NCBI GenBank assembly: GCA_963729625.1
Contig: CAVSOU010000007.1
Coordinates: 576,001 to 640,000, forward strand
DNA: 64,000 nt
From: an uncultured bacterium
GTDB taxonomy: Bacteria; Chloroflexota; UBA5177; JANWHV01
Reading direction: 5' to 3'
Of this stretch, positions 18,127 to 28,517 are shown one piece after another. How positions within the stretch are numbered: the stretch's first letter is position 1; the number at the start of each line of letters is the position of its first letter. The notes under the pieces were generated by a model. That model did not search any database. It was not told the origin of the DNA and saw nothing but the letters and a program-made list of their open reading frames with translations. The position numbers were made by a program, and so were the translations under genes.

Positions 18127-21018
18127 TCAGGCGTAGGGTCGTATGCTCGAAGCATCACCTCCTTCTCTTTTTCGAGGCAGAAGCCGCGCTGCGGCAAAGC
18201 CTCGGCCCGCGACGGGAATCTCGGCCATGCCGGCGACGACAGGGAGCGCCTGTTTGTCTCGCTCGAGCAAGTCTGTTTGCCGCGCTTCTTCGATGTCCGC
18301 CAGGCCTGAGACGTCGACGGAGGCCGACGTCCCTTGCTCATCGCAATTCCATAGCCGAACGAGTAACCCGTCTTCTTCCGCGACCTTCAGGCAGGAGAGA
18401 ATGGCCGAATCCGGTGCTGCCTGCGCGAAGCTATGTTTGTGGGCCGGCAGGCCGGTCCCCTGGCGGCCGGGCAGGGGTACGGCGAGCAGCTCGTTGTTAT
18501 CCTGCCAGCCGAAGCGCACGGCGGCGGCGGGATCGAATCCGCCGCCATGACCGCGCAGGCTGAAGCGAAAACAGAAATGGGTGGAGCCTCCTTGATCACG
18601 CGTGATCTCGCGCCAGTCCAGACAGTTGTGCATGACCAGCGCCAGAACTGTGCTGTTGCTGGGATCGGGCCCCAGCGGATCCTCCAACGAGGTACGGTGG
18701 CCGAACTCGACGAGACCCGAATCGGCCTGCGTCAGTGTCACGCCGGCCTCGTCGTTGAAGATATCGACGAAGTGGCGAACGGCGGTCACGGCCTGGCCGG
18801 CGCCGGGCCGCTGCTCCTTGCCAGGCGAGATGATGGCGCCGGGCGCCTCAAATCGGTACCGTCGGTCAGGCACAAGAAACGGGAATGCGAAGTCGAGCTG
18901 GTATCGTTCGTCTGTCGGGAATCGTTCCACCTCGTTGCGCAGGTCAACGCGATCGAGGCTCGCATAGAGCGTTACCGTGGTGGTCACGGTCGTGTTCTTC
19001 AAGGACGCTTTCACGATGAGCCGGCCGAACACGGAGCCGCAGGATCCGATTGTTATGTCTGCCCTCCTGGGCGTATGTTCGGTTCCATCTCCGAAGCAGA
19101 GGCACTGGTTAAGGTGATAGGGGCTGTTTGGATCCACCAGCTCCCGACCACGGAGTTTGTCGACCAGGCTCACGATGCCACCGGTGATCGGGCTCACGGT
19201 CACCGCGTAGAACGGGCCCTCGAGCCGGCAGTCTCCGGCCGCCCACAGGTCGGAGCTGGACCGAGCAGCTGGGGCAGCGGGCTGTACGCCGAACACGCGG
19301 TAGCCGATCGACGGAACGTCGCGCGCTTCAACATAGAGCACGTGCTGTCCATCCTCCTCTGCCGCCTGTTGAGCCATCGGGTCACCCGTAGCAAGGTCGA
19401 CGAACCGGCAATCTCCGAGCCCGTCAGGCGCCGCGAGACGCGCGACGCCGGAGCGGGGCCAAGCGAGTGCATTGAATACGGCGATGCGGTAATCTGGTGC
19501 GCCCGTGATATGCCGGCTCAAGGCCGCGAGGCCTTCGTCGACGAACGCGTCGAATGCCTGGTTGGCGGTAGTCTGCCAGCGGCGGCGCATCGAAGCATTC
19601 AGGGCGCGATTGGCGTCATCGGCTCCGTTCCACGCGTGATCCGACAGGTACAGGAGGTTCATCCAACCTTCGGCGAGCTGTGGGCGTCTTGCCGCATACC
19701 ATTCGGGATCCAAGCGCGAGAGAACAGCCGCCAGCTTATCGGCCGTGCCCGCGCGTTCCTGCGCCCGGCGCCAGCCGGCGAAATCGTACGCCAGGCTGGC
19801 CTGCCAGGCGTCCCAGGCAGTGCCGTAGTCCCCTCGGAAGACGGGCGCATCGCAGTTTCTCGCGGCGATTTGTTCCTCGACGTCGTCCCAGAATTGTCTG
19901 TGCGAGGCGTTCACCAGCCTTGGATACTCCCATCCCTGCGCGTTATACGCCGCGATCGTCGCGGACTTCTTTGCCGGCAGCGTGCTGCTCGAGGGAGACA
20001 GATCCCCGTAGCAACCGACGAGCGCAATAGCGTTGTAGGGATACTCGTCACCCCGCCGCTCGTAGCCGGGAATGATGACTTCATGCAGGGCCACGGTTGT
20101 GGTGCGGAGATCGCGGGTAACGAAGCTCCCCTCGACGTAGTCTTCATTGCGCCGGCGCACCAGGACGCGAAGCCCATCCGGGCCTTCCCACTTGAAGATG
20201 GGCGGCTCCTCGAGCCGCTGCGCCCATGGACACTCGTATGGCAGAATCGATTTCACGAGGTGGCGAATGCCGCACCCGGCAAGGATGCTGGCAAGGGCCC
20301 AGGTGATGGTGGGCGTTTCCTGGTGATTGGCGTAGCCAAGCGGGAGATTGTGCGCTAGTGCCCACGCCCGCGCGGGGTAGAACTGTCGAATAAGCTCCTC
20401 CAGGCTCATATCACAGGTGGCAGCCATCGTGAAGAAGGGGTTCAGGGTGATCGTGCCGCCGCGGATGTGATCGAAGAGCCGCTCAGCCTGGTGGGGATAG
20501 CGATCGAGGAAGAACTCGACCTCGCGCGCCTGCACGAGATTATAGTGATTGCGATTAGCCTCAGGTTCGTGCCGCGTGGCCTCCGCTTGGGCGAGCTCCG
20601 CCTCCAAGAGAGCCGCGTCGTCGGCACGATTAGCTTCTTCGGTGGCATAGTTCCATGCATAGTCGGTGCACACATCGCTCAACAGGTAGACTATCCACGG
20701 CCGATGGGTACCGACAGTTACCGGCGACGACAGCAGCTGATCACCGACGGCGAGCCGCACTACCGCGCCCGCGACCGGCGGCCGGCGCGGCCAGACGACG
20801 GGCGCATGGCACCGATACTCGCGCACGCCGGGGAGGATCTCCAGGCTCGTACTTGCCACGTCCCCACAGACTTCGATCGTGGCGTGGCCGGAAGCGACGG
20901 AGTCCAGCGAGCTGTCGATGGTCAAGAGGATCCACTGGCGGAGTGTTCCCTGCCAGTGACTGAAGAAGATCGTCTCGCGGGTTTCCACGATAGCGATGTC
21001 AGACATCACTCGACTCAT
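18127..21018 (-). CDS. GH38-like glycoside hydrolase (alpha-mannosidase superfamily, atypical)
   Basis: EELIRQF, FKWEGPDG, DHAW, VFNALAWPRS, VPSIGYRVF and LKVAEEDGLLVRLWN...TDLLER follow GH38 architecture; start approximate. Confidence 0.8.
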   Translation of the reverse strand: MSRVMSDIAIVETRETIFFSHWQGTLRQWILLTIDSSLDSVASGHATIEVCGDVASTSLEILPGVREYRCHAPVVWPRRPPVAGAVVRLAVGDQLLSSPVTVGTHRPWIVYLLSDVCTDYAWNYATEEANRADDAALLEAELAQAEATRHEPEANRNHYNLVQAREVEFFLDRYPHQAERLFDHIRGGTITLNPFFTMAATCDMSLEELIRQFYPARAWALAHNLPLGYANHQETPTITWALASILAGCGIRHLVKSILPYECPWAQRLEEPPIFKWEGPDGLRVLVRRRNEDYVEGSFVTRDLRTTTVALHEVIIPGYERRGDEYPYNAIALVGCYGDLSPSSSTLPAKKSATIAAYNAQGWEYPRLVNASHRQFWDDVEEQIAARNCDAPVFRGDYGTAWDAWQASLAYDFAGWRRAQERAGTADKLAAVLSRLDPEWYAARRPQLAEGWMNLLYLSDHAWNGADDANRALNASMRRRWQTTANQAFDAFVDEGLAALSRHITGAPDYRIAVFNALAWPRSGVARLAAPDGLGDCRFVDLATGDPMAQQAAEEDGQHVLYVEARDVPSIGYRVFGVQPAAPAARSSSDLWAAGDCRLEGPFYAVTVSPITGGIVSLVDKLRGRELVDPNSPYHLNQCLCFGDGTEHTPRRADITIGSCGSVFGRLIVKASLKNTTVTTTVTLYASLDRVDLRNEVERFPTDERYQLDFAFPFLVPDRRYRFEAPGAIISPGKEQRPGAGQAVTAVRHFVDIFNDEAGVTLTQADSGLVEFGHRTSLEDPLGPDPSNSTVLALVMHNCLDWREITRDQGGSTHFCFRFSLRGHGGGFDPAAAVRFGWQDNNELLAVPLPGRQGTGLPAHKHSFAQAAPDSAILSCLKVAEEDGLLVRLWNCDEQGTSASVDVSGLADIEEARQTDLLERDKQALPVVAGMAEIPVAGRGFAAARLLPRKREGGDASSIRPYA

Positions 21019-21048
21019 CTCGCCCAGCTCGGAAGGGTTTACCGCCAC

Positions 21049-21077
21049 ACTATAGGAGAAATCCTGCTCAGTGTCAA
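21049..21077 (-). promoter_or_regulatory. Sigma70-type promoter for the GH38/ABC/ROK operon
   Basis: TTGACA-17-TATAGT on the minus strand. Confidence 0.85.
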
Positions 21078-21172
21078 TACACAGAAAATAAACTCCTTCC
21101 GAGCAGCAACGAGCTCACCGCAGCGTCGGGGGCCAACGCGACTGAGGTCTGAAGATTGTTTCTTCCTGAAGA

Positions 21173-21201
21173 TTGACATTTGGCAAATATTCTCCTATAG
21201 T
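21173..21201 (+). promoter_or_regulatory. Sigma70-type promoter for the SBP/RpiR/SIS/PMI operon
   Basis: TTGACA-17-TATAGT; palindrome GAAGA-N5-TCTTC just upstream (21151-21165). Confidence 0.85.
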
Positions 21202-21243
21202 GATGCGCGTAGCGGTTGCCGCTCAGAGTGAGGGGAATGGAGC

Positions 21244-22581
21244 ATGTCCAGTTTGGCTCGTGGTTCGCGTTTGCGGTGGCGAATGCCGCGTTTCACCGTG
21301 GCAATGCTGCTCTGTGGACTGATGGTCCTGCCGACTGCCGGCAGCGTTGCCCGCGCCAGCAGCCCAGGCGACAGCAAAGTCACGCTGGTGTTCTACAACC
21401 AATGGATAGGCGTACAGGAAAAGGATCTGCAGGAGATCATTCGACGGTTCGAAAAGATTCATCCGAACATCGTGATCAAGGAGTCGGTGGTTGCGGACAC
21501 GACCAAGATCATCGCCGCCATGCAGGGCGGCCAACCGCCCGACATCGTCGATTTCGGGCTGGGTCAATTCCTTCCCGAAATGGCCTCTAAGGGCGCCCTC
21601 ACTAACCTCGATCCGTATATCAAGGCCGCGCACGTCAATCTTGGCGTGTTCGTACCCAAGAGTCTCGAGGTCGACACGTATAACGGGCACGTCTACGGCC
21701 TGCCGTTCATGGACTTCAACCACGCGCTCATCTACAACACGGATCTGTTCAAGAAAGCAGGCATCAGCCATCCACCGACAACCCTGGAGGAGCTCACCGC
21801 CGATGCCTACAAGCTCACCAAGCAGGACAGCAACGGCAAGATAGAGCAGATGGGCTTCATCCCCGATTGGCCGGGCGGCGCCAATGGTCAGGCCGTTAAT
21901 CTGGTGGACTATGGCTGGTTGTTTGGCGGTGACTGGTACAACGCCAAGACGCAGCAGCCCACCGCCGACCTACCACAGAACATCAAGGCACTGACCTGGG
22001 AGACGCAGATCTATCAGAAGTACGGCGCCAAGAACATCGACAATTTCGTCAAGAGCGCCGGCGCCTATCTCAGCAACGACATATTCGCTTCGGGCAAATT
22101 GGCCATGGCCTACGACGGTGAGTGGTGGCTTGACTTCGCCCCGCCGGCGTTCGAGCCGAAGATCGGCGTCGCGCCGTTCCCGGCTCCGCAGGGCCTGTCG
22201 AAGTACACCGGGACTTCCTTCCTGGACAACGACCCGCAGGTCATTCCGAGCGGCTCTAAGCACAAGCAGGAAGCGTTCGAGTTCTTGCAGTATCAATCCA
22301 CGGACCCCAGCGTCACACTGTACATGGCGCCGCGCGTCTTCAACCTGTCGCAACTGAAGGATATTCCTGCATCGGCCATCAGCAAGGATCCGCGCTTCAA
22401 GACGTTCGTCGACATCGCGAACGGCCCCAACGCGCACGTCTTCCCCCGGGTTGGGTACGCGGGTGAGATGGACACCGATATTCAGAACGCGGAGGCAGCC
22501 GCGCTGCACGGCCAGGGCACTCCAGCCAGCGTGCTTCACAGTCTGCAGAGCACGCTGCTCAACAGTGCAGGGGGCCAGTAG
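21244..22581 (+). CDS. Sugar ABC transporter substrate-binding protein
   Basis: Signal peptide, PPDI, YGLPF and LIYNTDLFKKAG motifs. Confidence 0.92.
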   Translation: MSSLARGSRLRWRMPRFTVAMLLCGLMVLPTAGSVARASSPGDSKVTLVFYNQWIGVQEKDLQEIIRRFEKIHPNIVIKESVVADTTKIIAAMQGGQPPDIVDFGLGQFLPEMASKGALTNLDPYIKAAHVNLGVFVPKSLEVDTYNGHVYGLPFMDFNHALIYNTDLFKKAGISHPPTTLEELTADAYKLTKQDSNGKIEQMGFIPDWPGGANGQAVNLVDYGWLFGGDWYNAKTQQPTADLPQNIKALTWETQIYQKYGAKNIDNFVKSAGAYLSNDIFASGKLAMAYDGEWWLDFAPPAFEPKIGVAPFPAPQGLSKYTGTSFLDNDPQVIPSGSKHKQEAFEFLQYQSTDPSVTLYMAPRVFNLSQLKDIPASAISKDPRFKTFVDIANGPNAHVFPRVGYAGEMDTDIQNAEAAALHGQGTPASVLHSLQSTLLNSAGGQ

Positions 22582-22591
22582 GCTCCACGTC

Positions 22592-22626
22592 GGGGCCGTG
22601 CCGAGCCCGGTGCTCGGCACGGCCCC
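22592..22626 (+). terminator. GC-rich stem-loop after the SBP gene
   Basis: GGGGCCGTGCCGAGC-N5-GCTCGGCACGGCCCC, perfect 15-bp stem. Confidence 0.7.
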
Positions 22627-22772
22627 GCACAACGGCCAGGCTGCGGTGGGCTTGGGTGAGCAGCACGGGCTCGTCATCCGATTGGGTTCGCGGATTCTTG
22701 GGCCGTACTACCCATTTGAACGTCGCCGCATAACGGCCTGCAAATGGCCCGGAGCACGTGAAAGGTTGACCG

Positions 22773-23660
22773 ATGCCGGCAAGCGCACCTGCTGAGAACG
22801 CCCTGCGCCAGGGCAGGGTCGAGTGCTTGAAGCGAATCGAACAGGCCTACAATGGCTTGGCTGAGACTGCGCGCCGCGTCGCCGACACCATATTGCAGCA
22901 ACCAGCCGTCGCCGTCGGCCTGTCGATCACGGACCTGGCTCACCGCAGCAACGTCAGTGACACCACAGTTCTCCGCTTCGTTCGCGCCATCGGGTACCAG
23001 GGCTACCGGCAGTTTGCCCTGGCCCTGGCGGCGTCGGTCGCCGACCATGAAGACCGTGCACTGGACGTGCGCATCGACGATGAAGACGACCTCGCCGCGG
23101 TCGTCCAGAAAGTCTTTATCGCCGAGGCTCAGGCGTTGATGAAGGCGCCCCAGACCATCGACGCGCAGGCCCTGCAGCGGGCGGTGGATGCGCTCTCCCG
23201 CGCGCGTCGTGTGCATTGCTACGCCGTGGGTGGCTCCGGCTTGCTCGTCATCGAGGCGGTGTACCGTCTCGTGCACCTCGGGCTCGACTGTGTCGCCGTC
23301 TACGACCCCATCCAGATTGCCATTCAAGCCAGTCAGCTGACGGCTGAGGACGTGGCGATTGGCTTCAGCCAGGCCGGCCGTACTCATAGCACCGTGATGG
23401 GACTGGCGATCGCGCGCGCGGCAGGCGCCACTACCATTTGCGTGACCAGCCGCCCGCAGTCACCGCTCGTGGCGCAGAGCGACATCGCGCTCGTCTTGCT
23501 TGAATTGCAGGCGGCGTTTCGCGGCGCCCACCTGGACTCGAAAATAGCGGAACTGACCATGATTGATGCGCTCGCGACGTGCCTGACGCGCCTGCTTCCT
23601 CCGCGGCCGCCACAAATGGTCGAGCGCCTTGAACAGAATATTGAGCGGATGTTCATCTAG
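22773..23660 (+). CDS. MurR/RpiR-family transcriptional regulator
   Basis: HTH SITDLAHRSNVSDTTVLRFVRAIGYQGY plus SIS domain. Confidence 0.93.
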   Translation: MPASAPAENALRQGRVECLKRIEQAYNGLAETARRVADTILQQPAVAVGLSITDLAHRSNVSDTTVLRFVRAIGYQGYRQFALALAASVADHEDRALDVRIDDEDDLAAVVQKVFIAEAQALMKAPQTIDAQALQRAVDALSRARRVHCYAVGGSGLLVIEAVYRLVHLGLDCVAVYDPIQIAIQASQLTAEDVAIGFSQAGRTHSTVMGLAIARAAGATTICVTSRPQSPLVAQSDIALVLLELQAAFRGAHLDSKIAELTMIDALATCLTRLLPPRPPQMVERLEQNIERMFI

Positions 23661-23753
23661 TGTGCGGCGACCTGTGATTGCGCTGGTGATCGCGCGGTAA
23701 GCACGCCGTCACACCTGCGACATTGTCGTTCACATCCTTAAGGAGGCGGGAAC

Positions 23754-24821
23754 ATGGCCGACACGCTGATCATGCGGGACATCAGGGATACTCCGCTGAC
23801 TCTACGTGCTACGCTGGCGGGTATCGGCGATGAAGGCGACAGACTGGCGTCCGCGTTGCTGGAGCAGGGCGCGCACCGCTTCGTGGCAATTGGCAATGGG
23901 ACATCGTATTATGCCTCGCTGGCATCGGCCTATCTTCATAATGCACTGATTGGTTCCGACCAAACCCTGGTGTTGGCGGCGCCTACCGGCGACTTCAGCC
24001 GGTACCCGCCGCCGCTGTCGCAGCACGATGTTGTCGTCGGCGTCTCTGTCTCGGGCGAGGTTGTGGACCTGCTCGATCTGTTCGAGCAGATTCGTGGGCA
24101 CCATCGCCTGGTAGGCATCACCAATGAGCCCGCCTCGTCGCTCACTCGGCTGGCCGACGACCTGCTGGTGACACGCGCCAGTCCCAGCGTCGTTCCGACC
24201 TCCACCAAGACGTTCGTAGCCAGCCTCGCCGCGCTCTACCTGCTCTGGCTCGGCGTGCTGAAGCGGCAGAACGTGCCCCAGGTTGAAAGCCTTCGCAAGG
24301 AGCTGCACGACCTGCCGGACCTGGCCGAGCAGGGCATCGCCATGGCAGAGCGGCAGGTGAAGGCCGTGGCTGAGCGGCTGGCGCCGTGCCGGCGCGTTTT
24401 CGTCATGGGAGCCGGACCCGCTTGGGCGGTCGCCCAGGAGGCTGCGCTGGTCCTTAAGGAAGTCTCAAACGTTCCTGCCGAACCGCTCCAGCAACGTGAG
24501 ATGGCGCAGGGCACGACCTCGGTGGTAGACGAGACGGTCGGCGTCATAGCCGTGAATCCCCCAGGCCCCGGTCAGGATATGGGCCGGACACTGTTGGCGC
24601 AATGTGAGGCGTTGGGCGCCGTCACGCTTGAGCTGGGCGACGCGCCGGCCGGCCTGACAGTCGCGGCGCCATGCCACGATCTGTTGACCCCCATCCTCTA
24701 TTGCGGCCCCCTGTTTGTTCTGGCGAACGAGCTCGCCGTGCAGCGCGGAGTCGATGCGGATCATCCACACTGGGAAGAGGGCCACCTTCGCATGACCAGA
24801 CGACAGGCCGGGGGCCGCTAG
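23754..24821 (+). CDS. Tandem SIS-domain sugar-phosphate isomerase/deaminase (GlmS/FrlB/AgaS-like)
   Basis: GNGTSY, SVSGE, ITNEPASSL, STKTF and EAALVLKE motifs. Confidence 0.88.
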   Translation: MADTLIMRDIRDTPLTLRATLAGIGDEGDRLASALLEQGAHRFVAIGNGTSYYASLASAYLHNALIGSDQTLVLAAPTGDFSRYPPPLSQHDVVVGVSVSGEVVDLLDLFEQIRGHHRLVGITNEPASSLTRLADDLLVTRASPSVVPTSTKTFVASLAALYLLWLGVLKRQNVPQVESLRKELHDLPDLAEQGIAMAERQVKAVAERLAPCRRVFVMGAGPAWAVAQEAALVLKEVSNVPAEPLQQREMAQGTTSVVDETVGVIAVNPPGPGQDMGRTLLAQCEALGAVTLELGDAPAGLTVAAPCHDLLTPILYCGPLFVLANELAVQRGVDADHPHWEEGHLRMTRRQAGGR

Positions 24822-24934
24822 AGTCTCTCGGGCAAGAATCCGCGGTCATGATGCCCCGGCGATCATGTCCCGCGTTTCGCATGGCGCAATGCCGATTATC
24901 CACTTTCGTAGAGTCGACCGAGGAGCAATCGTAT

Positions 24935-26668
24935 ATGGCGACAGTCTACCGAACTCGCCCCGTGCACACCTTTCCGTGGCTCGACATCCACACAGGCTTC
25001 GATGCGCTTGCCGCCGACCTCGAGGCTCGGGTAGCAGGCGAGACTGCGGCGCCCCTCATCATTGTGGATGGCTTCGTCGGTATCCGCTGGGACGTTTTCG
25101 TCGCGGGGTTGCGGTCCGCCCTGGAAAGGCGCGGCGTGCGGGCGTCGTGGCGGTCCACGGACGCTTGCTTCCTGGAAGAAGACCGAATCGCATCGCTGCT
25201 GCACTCCGACCTGACGGACGACCCTTACTTCGGTCGCGTACACCGTGGGCACCTTGAAGAGCTTTGGGACGGCGACGCCGTCTCCAGGTTGCAGGAGACG
25301 ATCCAAGGCCGGGCCAGTCTGACAATTCTCTATGGTTTCGGCGCCTCGTTGATTGCTGTCGGCGATACGCACGTCTACGTCGACGTGCCGAAAGATCGCG
25401 GTCAGGAACTGGCGGCAAGTGGCGAAGTCACGAACGTCGGCGCCACCTCTCACACTGATTTTGGCGTGACGTACAAGCGGTTCTACGTGGTCGATTGGCC
25501 GATGTTGAACCGTGTAAAACGGGGCATGTTGCCGAGGCTCGACCTGTACATAGACGCGACCGATTCGGCCACGCCGGCCATCGTTTCAGGCGATCACTTC
25601 CGGCGCGCGCTGGCGGAACTGGCTCATCAACCCTTCCGGCTCAAGCCCTGGTTCACTCCTGGGCCCTGGGGCGGCCATTGGATGAAGGATCATTTCGACC
25701 TCCCGGACGGGCCGGCCAACTACGCATGGTCGTTTGAGATAATTGCACAGGAGAACGGTATCCTGCTAGGCGACGGTGCGCACGAGCTGGAGTGCTCCTT
25801 CGACTATCTGCTCTGGTCCCACACCGACGAGGTGATGGGCCCGACTATGGCAGCGCGATACGGCAGCTACTTTCCGCTGCGGTTCGACTACCTGGACACC
25901 GTTGGCGGCGGCAACCTCTCGCTGCAAGTTCACTCGAGCCCGGACTTCATGCGAGAGGAACACGGCGAGCCGATGTCCGAAGATGAGACATACTACATTC
26001 TCGACAGCAAGCCGGGAGCCAGAGTGTACCTGGGATTGCAAGATGACGTCGATGTGAAGCAGTTCCAGGCGGATGCCACGGCCGCCCGGGATCATGGCAT
26101 TCCATTTGATTACGATCGGCACGTCGCGAGCTTCCCGAGTGCTCCCCACGATCTGTTCCTCATCCCAAACGGGACGGTGCACGCCAGTGGCACGGATAAC
26201 CTGGTGCTCGAGATCAGCGCGGCGCCCTATATGCACACGTACAAGTTCTATGACTACCTGCGAAAGGATCTCCGGGGCCGTCTGCGCCACATGCATCTCG
26301 ATCAGGCATTCGCGAACCTGGACATCACGCGCACGAAGGCATGGGTCGCCGAGCACCTGATCCCACGACCGGTACTGATTCGGCAGGGATCCGGATGGGC
26401 TGAATACAGCATTGGGGACATCGACAAGCTGTTCTTCGCGATCACCCGTTTGGAATTCTCGGACACGGCCGAGGACCGCACGGACAACAAAGTTCTTGCG
26501 ATCAACCTGGTTGCGGGCGAATCCTGCGACATCATTGTTCCTGGCGCTGCTGCCGTCGAGCTGCGCTATGCCGAAAGCATGATCATTCCGGCGTGCGTCG
26601 GGGCCTTCACGGTGCGCAATACAGGGACGACCACGTGCAAGCTCGTCAAGCTGTTTGTCAAGGGGTAG
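24935..26668 (+). CDS. Class I mannose-6-phosphate isomerase-like cupin with long N-terminal extension
   Basis: PWGGHW, FPLRFDYLDTVGGGNLSLQVH, ETYYI and IPNGTVHA motifs. Confidence 0.85.
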   Translation: MATVYRTRPVHTFPWLDIHTGFDALAADLEARVAGETAAPLIIVDGFVGIRWDVFVAGLRSALERRGVRASWRSTDACFLEEDRIASLLHSDLTDDPYFGRVHRGHLEELWDGDAVSRLQETIQGRASLTILYGFGASLIAVGDTHVYVDVPKDRGQELAASGEVTNVGATSHTDFGVTYKRFYVVDWPMLNRVKRGMLPRLDLYIDATDSATPAIVSGDHFRRALAELAHQPFRLKPWFTPGPWGGHWMKDHFDLPDGPANYAWSFEIIAQENGILLGDGAHELECSFDYLLWSHTDEVMGPTMAARYGSYFPLRFDYLDTVGGGNLSLQVHSSPDFMREEHGEPMSEDETYYILDSKPGARVYLGLQDDVDVKQFQADATAARDHGIPFDYDRHVASFPSAPHDLFLIPNGTVHASGTDNLVLEISAAPYMHTYKFYDYLRKDLRGRLRHMHLDQAFANLDITRTKAWVAEHLIPRPVLIRQGSGWAEYSIGDIDKLFFAITRLEFSDTAEDRTDNKVLAINLVAGESCDIIVPGAAAVELRYAESMIIPACVGAFTVRNTGTTTCKLVKLFVKG

Positions 26669-26714
26669 AGTGCGGACGGCAGTCCGCGACGTTCTTTTGA
26701 TGAGGGCGTGAAGC

Positions 26715-27626
26715 ATGGCGAAGATCCTGCGGCGAGAGGTCCTTGGCATCCTCTTCATCAGTCCGTGGCTGCTGGGCTTCGTGGCTTTCGGCCTGTATCC
26801 AGCCCTGATCTCGCTCTACTACAGCTTCACCAGATACAGCGGATTCGGCACGCCGGTGTTCACCGGGTGGACGAACCTCAACCTGATCATTAACGATCCG
26901 GTCTTCTGGAAGAGCGTAGGAAACACGCTCTATGTGGCAGGGTTGGGAGTGCCCCTGTCGCTGGTCCTCGGTCTTCTGATCGCTCTGCCGCTCAACGCGC
27001 GCATTCGTGGGCAGGCCGTGTACCGCACGATGGTCTACCTGCCGACAATCGTGCCTTCCGTGGTGATGGCACTCATCTGGCTCTGGATCTTTAACCCCGA
27101 CTACGGATTGTTGAACAGTATTCTGACCGGCCTGCACTTGCCGACCGGGAGCTGGCTGGCCTCGCCCGACCAATCGAAGATCGCACTCTTGATCATGGTC
27201 TTGTGGGGCATGACCGGGTCGGTCATGGTTATTACTCTGGCCGGGCTTCAGGATGTGCCCGAGACCCTGCTGGAGGCGGCAAAAATCGACGGCGCCAACG
27301 CTATCCGGCGATTCTGGCATGTGGTGCTGCCGGCGCTTGGCCCGGTAATCTTCTACAATCTGATTACCGGCGTGGTGTACTTCTTGCAGCTCTTCGACCA
27401 GGCCTACGTGGTTTCTTCCAGCAACGGCGCCGGCGGCACCACCGATCTCGGCGCACCGGTCCAGAGCACCTTGTTTTACTCGCTGTATACGTTTCAGCAA
27501 GCGTTCCAGTTCCAGCATATTGGCCGCGCCTCGGCAATGTCGTGGATGCTCCTTATCGTGACAGGCTTGCTGACCTTTGCGCTGTTCCGAGGCGCCAGGC
27601 GCTACCTGTACTACGAAGGGCTCTGA
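26715..27626 (+). CDS. Carbohydrate ABC transporter permease (MalF-like)
   Basis: LAGLQDVPETLLEAAKIDGA EAA loop. Confidence 0.93.
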   Translation: MAKILRREVLGILFISPWLLGFVAFGLYPALISLYYSFTRYSGFGTPVFTGWTNLNLIINDPVFWKSVGNTLYVAGLGVPLSLVLGLLIALPLNARIRGQAVYRTMVYLPTIVPSVVMALIWLWIFNPDYGLLNSILTGLHLPTGSWLASPDQSKIALLIMVLWGMTGSVMVITLAGLQDVPETLLEAAKIDGANAIRRFWHVVLPALGPVIFYNLITGVVYFLQLFDQAYVVSSSNGAGGTTDLGAPVQSTLFYSLYTFQQAFQFQHIGRASAMSWMLLIVTGLLTFALFRGARRYLYYEGL

Positions 27627-27629
27627 GCG

Positions 27630-28517
27630 GTGGCTGTTCTGCAAGACGTCCACGCGTCCACCGCGCGAACCTCGCCGCGCCGGCGACGCGCACTGCGAAA
27701 CGCCGCTCGCGCGGTGAGCATTCACGGGCTTCTGATCGTCGTGAGCCTGGTGTTTGTTGCTCCCTTCTTGTGGATGCTGTCGAGCTCACTGAAGAGCAAT
27801 CTCGACATCTTCCGGTTCCCGCCCCAGCTGATTCCCCAACCGGCCGTCTGGAGCAACTATCCCAATGCTCTCGACTACATCCCATTCTGGCGATACGCGT
27901 GGAACACGTTCGTGATCAGCGGCGCGTCCGTGGTCGGCACGCTGGTGTCGTGTCCCATCGCGGCCTACGGCTTCGCCCGATTGAAATGGCGGTTACGCGG
28001 GTTCTTCTTCGCGGTCTGCCTCACGACCTTGATGCTGCCGTTCCTGGCGACGATGGTGCCGCTCTTCGTGATCTTCCGACAGCTCAATATGATCAACACC
28101 TACTGGCCATTGATACTGCCGGCCTTCGGCGGCAGTCCCCTCTACATCTTCTTGCTGCGCCAGTTCTTCCTCGGTATCCCGCGTGAGCTGTCGGAGGCCG
28201 CCGTCATCGACGGTTGTTCGGAGCTGGGCATCTTCATGCGCGTCATCCTGCCGCTGTCGAAGCCCGTGCTCGCCACGGTGTCGCTCTTCACGTTTCTCGC
28301 CAACTGGCGCGACTTCCTTGCCCCGCTTATCTTCCTGCAGAGCAACGACCTCTACACACTGTCGTTGGGGTTGCAACAGTACCAGTCGCTGCACCAGACG
28401 GCCTGGGCGTATCTGATGGCAGCCAGCGTCGTGTTCATCCTGCCGGTGACGGTCGTATTCCTCCTGGCACAGCGGTTCTTCATCCAGGGCATCGCACTGA
28501 GCGGAATGAAGGTCTGA
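27630..28517 (+). CDS. Carbohydrate ABC transporter permease (MalG-like)
   Basis: IPRELSEAAVIDG; C-terminus QRFFIQGIALSGMK. Confidence 0.93.
   Translation: MAVLQDVHASTARTSPRRRRALRNAARAVSIHGLLIVVSLVFVAPFLWMLSSSLKSNLDIFRFPPQLIPQPAVWSNYPNALDYIPFWRYAWNTFVISGASVVGTLVSCPIAAYGFARLKWRLRGFFFAVCLTTLMLPFLATMVPLFVIFRQLNMINTYWPLILPAFGGSPLYIFLLRQFFLGIPRELSEAAVIDGCSELGIFMRVILPLSKPVLATVSLFTFLANWRDFLAPLIFLQSNDLYTLSLGLQQYQSLHQTAWAYLMAASVVFILPVTVVFLLAQRFFIQGIALSGMKV

Noticed and set aside
18433-20358. 641-aa plus-strand ORF
   Set aside because: Shadow ORF opposite the GH38-like gene; no motifs, expected in high-GC DNA
14666-28517. Sugar ABC systems lacking an ATPase gene
   Set aside because: Ordinary: such systems commonly share a distal MsmK/MsiK-type ATPase
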